DNA of 64,000 nucleotides from Pseudomonadota bacterium. Its GTDB lineage: Bacteria; Pseudomonadota; Gammaproteobacteria; Pseudomonadales; JADFDG01. The position numbers and the translations under genes were made by a program. Shown here in pieces: positions 43,746 to 51,196 of this stretch (the stretch's first letter is position 1; the number at the start of each line of letters is the position of its first letter). Location: assembly GCA_049324475.1 (NCBI GenBank), contig JBMOOO010000014.1:6986-70985 (forward strand), written 5' to 3'. The notes under the pieces are model-generated. The model had not been told where the DNA came from, did no database searches, and saw nothing but the letters and a program-made list of their open reading frames with translations.

Positions 43746-43816
43746 TCCCGGTCAAGGTGCCCTTCCCCCGCCATGCCGACCATAGGAGCCGGTCATACAC
43801 GCGGAGGGATCACACC

Positions 43817-43996
43817 ATGGAATTCGTACTGGCAGACCTGTTCGGCTCCCTGGGCGGCCTGCTCACGCTCTTCATCGTCCTGTTCTGCATCGCCGCCATC
43901 CCGGCAGGCATTTACTTCGCGATGAAGAATGCCGTGCAGCTGTCCGCCGAACAGGACCGCATCAACGCGGAGAAGCACCGGCGGCAGGCACCCTGA
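43817..43996 (+). CDS. small single-TM membrane protein (59 aa)
   Basis: ATG at 43817 preceded by GGAGGG. One hydrophobic helix (LGGLLTLFIVLFCIAAIPAGIYF) and a basic tail. Confidence 0.45.
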   Translation: MEFVLADLFGSLGGLLTLFIVLFCIAAIPAGIYFAMKNAVQLSAEQDRINAEKHRRQAP

Positions 43997-44158
43997 GGGG
44001 CCGCCGGGGGACCGGCGCCCCGTCCGGGGCCTGAGGGGGCATTTACCGCAAAGGCCATGACCGGCGGGCGAATCGGTCATGGACCGGGGGCAGGGGTTGC
44101 GGAACAGTAGGCGGTCCGGGTCTACCCGCAGAACAACAACCCCCGCCGAGGCTCCCCG

Positions 44159-45184
44159 ATGCGTCTGTTCGCCCTGCCAGCTCTCCTGCTGTCCGCCCTG
44201 CTGTTCTCCACCGGCTCCGGTGCCGCGGACCAGCAGGTACCCGCCAATGTGGTCAAGCGGAAGTTCTGCGTGTTCGATATCGCCGGCGCGCACGGTGACA
44301 TCTACCGCACCATGCAGGACTACCGGCTGGAGATGCTCAAGCACGGGGTCGATTTCGAGCTGGTGCCCTACACCAGCGAGAAGATTGCCGCCGAGGACTT
44401 CAAGGCCGGCCTGTGCGATGCCGCCGACCTGACCTCGTTCCGTATCCGCAACTTCATCAAGTTTGCCGGCACTGTCGACGCGGTCGGCGCACTGCCGACC
44501 CGCGAGCACGTACGCCTGGCACTGCAGGCCCTGGCCCATCCCAGCATGGCGCCGAAGCTGAAGAGCGGCCCGTATGAGATCGCCGGCATCGTGCCGATCG
44601 GCGCGGCCTACGTGTTCAGCCGCGACCGCCGCATCGACACCATCACCAAGGCTGCCGGCAAGCGCGTGGCCGTACTCGACTACGACCCGGAGATGGCAAA
44701 GATGGTGTCGCGCCTCGGCGCCTCGCCGGTGCCCTCCGACATCACCAACTTCGCCGGCAAATTCAACAACGGTTCGGTCGACATCATCGTGGCACCGATC
44801 GCTGCCTACAAACCCCTGGAACTGTACAAGGGCCTGGAGCCGAGCGGCGGCATCATCGATTTCCCCTTCACCCAGCTCTCCGCCATGGTGATCGTGCGCA
44901 GCGAGAAATTCCCGCCGGACATGCTGCAGTTCGCCCGCGAGGAAATCTTCCGCAACCTCGACCGCATCTACGAAATTGTCGACCGCATGGGCACCGATGT
45001 GCCGAAGAAGTACTGGGTCCCGATTCCGGAAGCGGACAAGGGCAAGTATGAAATCCTGATGCGCGACACCCGCATCCAGCTGCGCGAAACCGGCTACTAC
45101 GACGGCGAGGCCCTGACCCTGCTGCGCAAGGTGCGCTGCAAGGTCGAGCCGGCCCGCGCGGAGTGCACCGACAAGACCGAGTAG
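44159..45184 (+). CDS. periplasmic solute-binding-like protein, paralog 2
   Basis: 341 aa. Signal peptide MRLFALPALLLSALLFSTGSGA. It has the same conserved blocks as 37703-38725, including a 73-nt stretch differing at only 2 positions. Confidence 0.8.
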   Translation: MRLFALPALLLSALLFSTGSGAADQQVPANVVKRKFCVFDIAGAHGDIYRTMQDYRLEMLKHGVDFELVPYTSEKIAAEDFKAGLCDAADLTSFRIRNFIKFAGTVDAVGALPTREHVRLALQALAHPSMAPKLKSGPYEIAGIVPIGAAYVFSRDRRIDTITKAAGKRVAVLDYDPEMAKMVSRLGASPVPSDITNFAGKFNNGSVDIIVAPIAAYKPLELYKGLEPSGGIIDFPFTQLSAMVIVRSEKFPPDMLQFAREEIFRNLDRIYEIVDRMGTDVPKKYWVPIPEADKGKYEILMRDTRIQLRETGYYDGEALTLLRKVRCKVEPARAECTDKTE

Positions 45185-45240
45185 GCACCCCATCCCGGAA
45201 ATCCTTTCCGGAATCCCGAAACGGCCACTGGAGAACAACA

Positions 45241-46302
45241 ATGAAAAGACTGCTGGCTGCCCTTGCCCTGACCGCGTTTGCCACCACGGCGGGCGCGGCC
45301 GACATCAAGGCCGAAGACTTCATCTCTGCACCCGGCGTGAAAGCGCCGGCCCCGGTCAGCGGCCCTCCGCTCAAACGCAAGGTCTGTGTCTGGGACATCG
45401 CCGGTGCCAACGGTGACCTGTTCCGGACCATGGCCGACCTGCGCATCGGCATCCTGCGCTACGGCATCGACCTGGAGCTGCTGCCCTACACCAGCGAGCG
45501 GGTCGCCGCCGAGGACTTCAAGGCCGGCCAGTGCGATGCGGTCAACCTGATGACACTGCGTGCGCGGAACTTCATCAAGTTCTCCGGATCCCTGGATGCG
45601 ATCGGCGCCCTGCCGACCCGCGAGCACCTGCGCCTGGCCCTGACCGCACTGGCCGATCCGCGCATGGCTCCGAAGCTGAAAAGCGGCCCGTATGAAGTGG
45701 CCGCGTTCATCCCGATCGGCGCGGCCTACATCTTCACCAATGACCGCAGCGTGACGTCGATCGCCAAGGCCTCGGGCAAACGCATCGCCGTGCTCGACTA
45801 CGATCCGACCATGTCGAAGATGATCGCCGGTATCGGCGCCTCACCGGTGCCTTCCGACGTCACCAACTTCGCCGGCAAGTTCAACAACGGCTCGGTCGAC
45901 ATCATTGCCGCGCCGCTGGCCGCCTACAGCCCGTTCGAGCTGTACAAGGGGCTGGAACCGCGCGGAGGGATCGTCGATTTCCCGTTCACCCAGCTGACCG
46001 CGCAGGTGCTGGTGCGCAGCGACAAGTTCCCGGCCGAGATGCTGCAGTACTCGCGCACGGTGGTGGCCCGCCACTTTGAGTCGACCATGGAAATCGTGGA
46101 CGCGATGTCCGGCGAAATTCCGGCCAAGTACTGGATCAAGATCCCGAAGACCGACCAACTGCGCTATGAGCTGATGATGCGGGAAGCCCGCGTCCAGCTG
46201 CGCGAGGAAGGCTATTACGACGGCGACATGCTGGCCCTGCTGCGCAAGATCCGCTGCAAGCTGGATTCCGGCCGCGGCGAGTGCACCGACAAGCAGGAGT
46301 AA
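45241..46302 (+). CDS. periplasmic solute-binding-like protein, paralog 3
   Basis: ATG at 45241 preceded by GGAG. Signal peptide MKRLLAALALTAFATTAGA. It has the same conserved blocks and ends LLRKIRCKLDSGRGECTDKQE. Confidence 0.8.
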   Translation: MKRLLAALALTAFATTAGAADIKAEDFISAPGVKAPAPVSGPPLKRKVCVWDIAGANGDLFRTMADLRIGILRYGIDLELLPYTSERVAAEDFKAGQCDAVNLMTLRARNFIKFSGSLDAIGALPTREHLRLALTALADPRMAPKLKSGPYEVAAFIPIGAAYIFTNDRSVTSIAKASGKRIAVLDYDPTMSKMIAGIGASPVPSDVTNFAGKFNNGSVDIIAAPLAAYSPFELYKGLEPRGGIVDFPFTQLTAQVLVRSDKFPAEMLQYSRTVVARHFESTMEIVDAMSGEIPAKYWIKIPKTDQLRYELMMREARVQLREEGYYDGDMLALLRKIRCKLDSGRGECTDKQE

Positions 46303-46312
46303 CCCCCTGCCG

Positions 46313-46348
46313 AACGAAAACGCCGCCTTCGGGCGGCGTTTTCGTTTC
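46313..46348. terminator. strong hairpin between convergent genes (bidirectional terminator candidate)
   Basis: CGAAAACGCCGCC-TTCG-GGCGGCGTTTTCG is extended by A/T pairs and followed by TTTCC. It lies between the stop at 46302 (+) and the stop at 46387 (-). Confidence 0.7.
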
Positions 46349-46386
46349 CGGCGGCGGCCGGGAAAGAGGTCGTGCCCGAAGGCGCG

Positions 46387-47358
46387 CTACCGTTTTTTCT
46401 TGCCGTGCAGCGGAATCACGTCGACCGGATGATCGGCGGAACGGCCGACATGCTTGTGGATGAAACGACCGATCTCGCGCACCGCCTCCTTGCCTTCCGG
46501 GATGAAATACGCCAGCGCCTGGAACACGTGCATCATGCCCGGATACACCGTCAGCTTGACCGGAATGCGCGCCTTCTTCGCCGCCGCCTCGACCCGTTCG
46601 GCATCCGACAACAGCACTTCGTTGCCGCCCACCTGGATCAGCAACGGCGGAAATCCGCTGTAGTCGCCGTAGATCGGCGACAGGAACGGATCGTGCGGCG
46701 AATGCTCGCCGGCATAGACCCGCGCCAGGAATTTCAGCACATTCACCGGAATGTAGGGCTCGTGGCGTGCGTTCTCCCGCAGCGAATCACCGGTGGCGGT
46801 GAGATCGGCCCAGGGTGAAATCAGCACGGCACCGGCCGGCAGCGGCAGGCCCAGCTCGCGGAATTTCAGCATGGACACCAGCGTCAGGTTGCCGCCGGCG
46901 CTGTCGCCGCCGATGAAGATGTTCTGCGGCTCGTAGCCGCGGGCCAGCAGCCAGCGATACACACGCACCACGTCCCAGATCGGTGCCGGGTATTCGTGGT
47001 CCGGCGGCTGCCGGTAATCCACCGCCAGCACTTTCATGCGGCCGGCCTGGGAGATGCGCCAGGTCAGCGTGCGGTGCGAACGCGGCGAACCGAAGAAATA
47101 GCCACCGCCATGCAGATAGATGAACACGCGATCCTGGTGCAGTTCGTCCGCACACACCACCCATTCGCAGGGCACGTCGCCGGCGTGTACGGGAATGATC
47201 TCGGCATTGCGCGGCACCGGCAGCACCATGGTCAGGGCATCAAACCCGAGCTGCGAGAATTTCATCAGGCGCGGCGTGAACTTCACCCGCGCGATCACCG
47301 GTTTCACGAAAGTACGCGCGGCCAGGTTCAGGGCCTGCGCCTGCCAGCTGGTGGTCAT
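46387..47358 (-). CDS. alpha/beta hydrolase, hormone-sensitive-lipase-type esterase/lipase
   Basis: Oxyanion motif YLHGGGYFFGSP and nucleophile GGDSAGGN. I prefer the ATG at 47358 (GGAG 8-11 nt upstream) to the track start at 47391. Confidence 0.8.
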   Translation of the reverse strand: MTTSWQAQALNLAARTFVKPVIARVKFTPRLMKFSQLGFDALTMVLPVPRNAEIIPVHAGDVPCEWVVCADELHQDRVFIYLHGGGYFFGSPRSHRTLTWRISQAGRMKVLAVDYRQPPDHEYPAPIWDVVRVYRWLLARGYEPQNIFIGGDSAGGNLTLVSMLKFRELGLPLPAGAVLISPWADLTATGDSLRENARHEPYIPVNVLKFLARVYAGEHSPHDPFLSPIYGDYSGFPPLLIQVGGNEVLLSDAERVEAAAKKARIPVKLTVYPGMMHVFQALAYFIPEGKEAVREIGRFIHKHVGRSADHPVDVIPLHGKKKR

Positions 47359-47412
47359 CCGGTCTGCTCCGTGTTCTTGTTGTTCTGGCATGAGGGTCCG
47401 CCACCGGCGAGT

Positions 47413-48735
47413 CTACAACCGGGTCAGCGTCACCGGCAGCCCGTCGCGCGGCTTCGCGATCGGCACCAGCTGGTAAGGCATGCGGTAGTGGCGCGGTACG
47501 CTCCAGCGGTAGCGCAGCAGGACCTGGTGCAGGATGGCCTTGACCTGCAGGTCGGCGAAATGCTGGCCGATGCACATATGGGCGCCGCCGCCGAAAGGCA
47601 CCCAGGCATACGGGTGGCGCTTGTGCTCATCGCGGCCAGGCGCAAACCGTTCGGGATCAAAGCGGAACGGTTGTGACCAGATCTCTTCCATGTGGTGGGT
47701 GTGGATCGGTGCCAGCCCGATCTGGGTATGGGCGGGAATGCGGTAACCCATGAATTCGAATTCACGGGTCGCGTAGCGCGGCATCACCGGCAGTGGCGGG
47801 TAACGGCGCAGCGCTTCCTTCATGGTCCAGCCCAGTGCCGCCAGCTTTTCCAGATCGTCGAATTCCAGTCCGTCCCGCGCCAGCGCCCGCGACTCCTCGC
47901 GCAGGCGTTCCTGCCAGGCCGGCTCCTGCCCGAGCGCGTAGAACATGGTGGTCAAGGTGGACGTGGTGGTGTCATGCGCCGCCATCATCAGGAATGCCAT
48001 GTGATCGACGATCTCGTCGTCGGTGTAGCGTTCACCGGATTCACTGACGGCATGGCAGAACGCGCTGAAGAAATCCGGTGTTTCGCGCGCGCGCTTTCCC
48101 GGCAGCAGACCGTGGAAGGTGCGCACCAGATGCTCGCGGCCGCGCAGGCCGCGCCGGTACAGCGTGCCTGGCAGGTCGAAGCGCACCGCTGCAATGGAAC
48201 CTTCCACCGTATCGATGAAGGCCTGGTTCAGGCGCGTGGCCTCGACACCCGGCTCGATGCCCATGAACACCCGCGAGGCAAGATCCAGCGTGAGCTGCTT
48301 GACCGCCGGGAACACGCGGAAATCGCTGCCGCTCTGCCAGGCACGCAAGCCGTCGGCGATGTGCCCGTTCATGTGTCCCAGGTAGGTGACCAGCGCCGGC
48401 TTCTTGAACGCGTGGTTCATGATCCGGCGCTGGAAGCGGTGCTCCTCGCCGTCCATGGTCATGATCGCGCCCGGGAATACGTGATCGATCACCCAGCCCC
48501 AGCCCAGGCGCGAGGAAAAGATCTCGTCGCGGTTCTGCAGCACCAGCTGGTTGGCCTCGGGCCCGAACAGCGCCACGCTGGACAGCTTGCCCCAGCCGCT
48601 GCGCACCACCGGACCGTTGCGCCGGTACAGCTCGCGGGTGGTGGCGCCGATGTCACGATAGAAACCGACGAAGTACTGGAACGGCCAGGAACCGTTGTCG
48701 TGGGGAATCCGGTGATCGGCGGCCAGCGTGGTCAT
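47413..48735 (-). CDS. cytochrome P450 monooxygenase
   Basis: Start at MTTLAADHRIP (48735). Heme-thiolate loop FGGGAHMCIGQHFA, I-helix MMAAHDTTTS and EALRRYPP (ExxR). Confidence 0.88.
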   Translation of the reverse strand: MTTLAADHRIPHDNGSWPFQYFVGFYRDIGATTRELYRRNGPVVRSGWGKLSSVALFGPEANQLVLQNRDEIFSSRLGWGWVIDHVFPGAIMTMDGEEHRFQRRIMNHAFKKPALVTYLGHMNGHIADGLRAWQSGSDFRVFPAVKQLTLDLASRVFMGIEPGVEATRLNQAFIDTVEGSIAAVRFDLPGTLYRRGLRGREHLVRTFHGLLPGKRARETPDFFSAFCHAVSESGERYTDDEIVDHMAFLMMAAHDTTTSTLTTMFYALGQEPAWQERLREESRALARDGLEFDDLEKLAALGWTMKEALRRYPPLPVMPRYATREFEFMGYRIPAHTQIGLAPIHTHHMEEIWSQPFRFDPERFAPGRDEHKRHPYAWVPFGGGAHMCIGQHFADLQVKAILHQVLLRYRWSVPRHYRMPYQLVPIAKPRDGLPVTLTRL

Positions 48736-48786
48736 CGGTACCTCTGCAGGGCGGCGGAAACGGGCACGTTGACCGCAGTCTGCCAT

Positions 48787-48797
48787 TGGTATGACCA
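48787..48797. promoter_or_regulatory. candidate GntR/FadR-type operator 1
   Basis: TGGTATGACCA (TGGT-N3-ACCA palindrome) lies in the P450/phyH divergent spacer and is followed by a half-site, TTTGGTCACC. Confidence 0.5.
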
Positions 48798-48862
48798 TTT
48801 GGTCACCCGCCGATCGTCTTCCGACCGGCTGCACTGGCCGCGGGCGCCTGTCACGGGCAGAG

Positions 48863-48873
48863 TGGTCTGACCA
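48863..48873. promoter_or_regulatory. candidate GntR/FadR-type operator 2
   Basis: TGGTCTGACCA is a second perfect TGGT-N3-ACCA palindrome, 14 nt upstream of the phyH-like ATG. Confidence 0.5.
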
Positions 48874-48886
48874 ATAACGCGGATCA

Positions 48887-49693
48887 TTGGCCATGCCCCT
48901 GAACGCACTCCCGGCAGACGAGAAAGCCTTCTACGAATCAGAGGGTTACCTGCTCCGGCGCGGCCTGTTCACGCAGGGCGAACTCGCACCCTGGCTGCAG
49001 CGGCTGGACGACATCATCACCGGGCAGATCGCTCGCCCCGCCAACATGCTGGTGATGAAGGACATCATGGTGGCCAAGGGCCGTGTGCAGGCTGCCCGTC
49101 CGCAGGATGCCGTCGCCAAGGTCCAGGACCTGCAGGACGACCCGGTGTTCAGCACCTACCTGTTCAGCGAAAAGCTGCTCGACCTGGTCGAGAACTTCTG
49201 CGGCCCGGACATCAAGACCGTGCACAACATGCTGATCAACAAGCCGCCGGGCGTGGACGGCCGCCACCCGTTGCACCAGGACCTGCTGTATTTCCCGTTC
49301 CGGCCGGAAGACCGCATCGTCGCCACCTGGACTGCGCTGGAAGCCGTGAACCGCGACAACGGCTGCCTCGCGGTGATTCCCGGCTCGCATCGCGAAGGTC
49401 TGCGCGAGCACGGCAACATCGACGACAACCGCAATATCAACCTGGCCTATTTCGGCGCGAAGGATGTCGATCTCGGGCGTCGCGTGCACATCGCGATGGA
49501 TGCCGGCGACGTGCTGTTTTTCCACCCGCTGCTGCTGCACGGTTCCGGCCGCAACCGCTCCGCGGGCTACCGGCGTGCGATTTCGGCACACTATGCGTCC
49601 TGTGGATGCCGCTATGTCGCCAACGGCGAGCAGATGGCGAAAGTCCGCCACTACCGGCTGGCGCGCGGCAACGAAGTGCCTGGAGGGCTGTGA
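48887..49693 (+). CDS. phytanoyl-CoA dioxygenase (PhyH) family Fe(II)/2-oxoglutarate oxygenase
   Basis: 268 aa. The HxD motif is within HPLHQDLLYF, the distal His is within FFHPLLLHGSGRN, and RRAISAHY is also present. Confidence 0.8.
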   Translation: MAMPLNALPADEKAFYESEGYLLRRGLFTQGELAPWLQRLDDIITGQIARPANMLVMKDIMVAKGRVQAARPQDAVAKVQDLQDDPVFSTYLFSEKLLDLVENFCGPDIKTVHNMLINKPPGVDGRHPLHQDLLYFPFRPEDRIVATWTALEAVNRDNGCLAVIPGSHREGLREHGNIDDNRNINLAYFGAKDVDLGRRVHIAMDAGDVLFFHPLLLHGSGRNRSAGYRRAISAHYASCGCRYVANGEQMAKVRHYRLARGNEVPGGL

Positions 49694-50388
49694 TGAAAGC
49701 ACGCAAGGGACTGTCGCAATCGCTGTACGAAACCCTGCGCGACAAGATCGTGGCCGGCGACTACCCGCCGGGCGTGCGCCTGCCCGCCGAACGCGAGCTG
49801 GTGGAGCTGTACGGCGTCAACCGCGGCGCGGTGCGCGAGGCCATCAACCGGCTGGCGCAATCCGGGCTGGTGGCCACCGTGCACGGCGGCGGCACGCGGG
49901 TGGAGAACTACCTGTCGACGGCCGGGCTGGACCTGCTGGTGACACTGGTGGTGGCCGGCGACGGCACGCACCGGCGCGAGGCCGTGCGCAGCCTGATCGA
50001 GATGCGCACGGCACTGGCGGTGGATGCCGCGCGGCTGGCGGCGCAGCGCCGCCACGAATCCCAGGTGGCGACATTGCGCACGCTGGCACACGGTCTTGCC
50101 ACGATGTCGGACGATGCCTCGCTGCAGGATCGCCTGCTCGCCGTGTGGGAAGGCATCGTGGCCGCCAGCGGCAATCTCGCCTACCGGCTGGCTTTCAACA
50201 CCCTGCGCGACGGCTACCTGCTGTTCGGCAAGCCCATGCACCAGGTGGTGCGGGAATCCTTCCACGCACCGGACTACCGCTTCCTGATCGATGCCATCGC
50301 CATCGGTGACGCGGCGCGCGCCGAACGGGGTGCGCGCCGCATCGTGGAGAAGGACGCCGCCGCCTTCATCACCCGCTTCAGCCTCTGA
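49693..50388 (+). CDS. GntR-family (FadR-subfamily) transcriptional regulator
   Basis: The ATG overlaps the phyH-like stop (TGATG). The wHTH reads LYETLRDKIVAGDYPPGVRLPAERELVELYGVNRGAVREAINRLAQSGLV. The C-terminal domain is all-helical. Confidence 0.85.
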   Translation: MKARKGLSQSLYETLRDKIVAGDYPPGVRLPAERELVELYGVNRGAVREAINRLAQSGLVATVHGGGTRVENYLSTAGLDLLVTLVVAGDGTHRREAVRSLIEMRTALAVDAARLAAQRRHESQVATLRTLAHGLATMSDDASLQDRLLAVWEGIVAASGNLAYRLAFNTLRDGYLLFGKPMHQVVRESFHAPDYRFLIDAIAIGDAARAERGARRIVEKDAAAFITRFSL

Positions 50389-51067
50389 GCGCGCGATACA
50401 CCGTCACGTGCTTCACCCACTCCGCCTCGCCGAGATCGGGTACCGCAATGCAGTCCTGCGACCACAGCCGCTCGTAGCCGGGCTCCCGGAAATCACGCAC
50501 CCGCGAATCCGCCACCAGCACGGTGCCGGCGCGACGGCGGAAGTCGGCCAGGAAAGGCATGTTCTCCCGGTCGTACAACACGTCGGCGGCAGCGATCAGG
50601 TCGATATCGCCGTCGCACGTGAAGTAGTCCGGCGACAGCTCCACCGACACGCCGTTCAGGCGCGCGTTGGCCCGCGCCGCGGCCAGTGATTGCGGATCGA
50701 TGTCGCAGGCAATGGCGCGACGTGCACCGGCCCGTGCCGCCGCCACGGCCACCACGCCGGAGCCGGCGCCGAAATCCAGTACGGTACGGCCGTGCACGGC
50801 CTGCGGATGGTCCAGCAGCCAGCGTGCCAGCACGGCGCCGCTGCCCCAGCAGAACGCCCAGTACGGCGGGCTCTCCATCAGGGTGCGGGCCACTTCCGGC
50901 GGCAGCGGCCCTGCCGGGTAATCGGCGTTGATCAGCCACAGCCTCAGTTCCGGTACCAGTGGCAGCGCCGCCGGTACCAGGTGTGCACCGGGCAGCAGGC
51001 CACGCAGGCCGGCATCCAGGGACTGGGCGTCGGGACAGATGACGGATGCAGCGTCGGTCATAGGCAA
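50378..51067 (-). CDS. class I SAM-dependent methyltransferase (PrmA / protein-lysine MTase-like)
   Basis: 229 aa. Motif I is VLDFGAGSGVVAVAAARAG, followed by IACDIDP. The convergent gene overlaps the GntR gene's end by 11 nt. Confidence 0.7.
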   Translation of the reverse strand: MPMTDAASVICPDAQSLDAGLRGLLPGAHLVPAALPLVPELRLWLINADYPAGPLPPEVARTLMESPPYWAFCWGSGAVLARWLLDHPQAVHGRTVLDFGAGSGVVAVAAARAGARRAIACDIDPQSLAAARANARLNGVSVELSPDYFTCDGDIDLIAAADVLYDRENMPFLADFRRRAGTVLVADSRVRDFREPGYERLWSQDCIAVPDLGEAEWVKHVTVYRALRG

Positions 51068-51196
51068 GCCGGGGCAGTACCGCTAAAGTCGCTGGGTCGC
51101 TTTTGTCGCCGGAACCGCTCCCGCACAGGCTGTGCCGGATTCCGGTGAGCGCCGCACGCTACACGAATCGCCGACAACAACAAGACCGGAGCGGCC

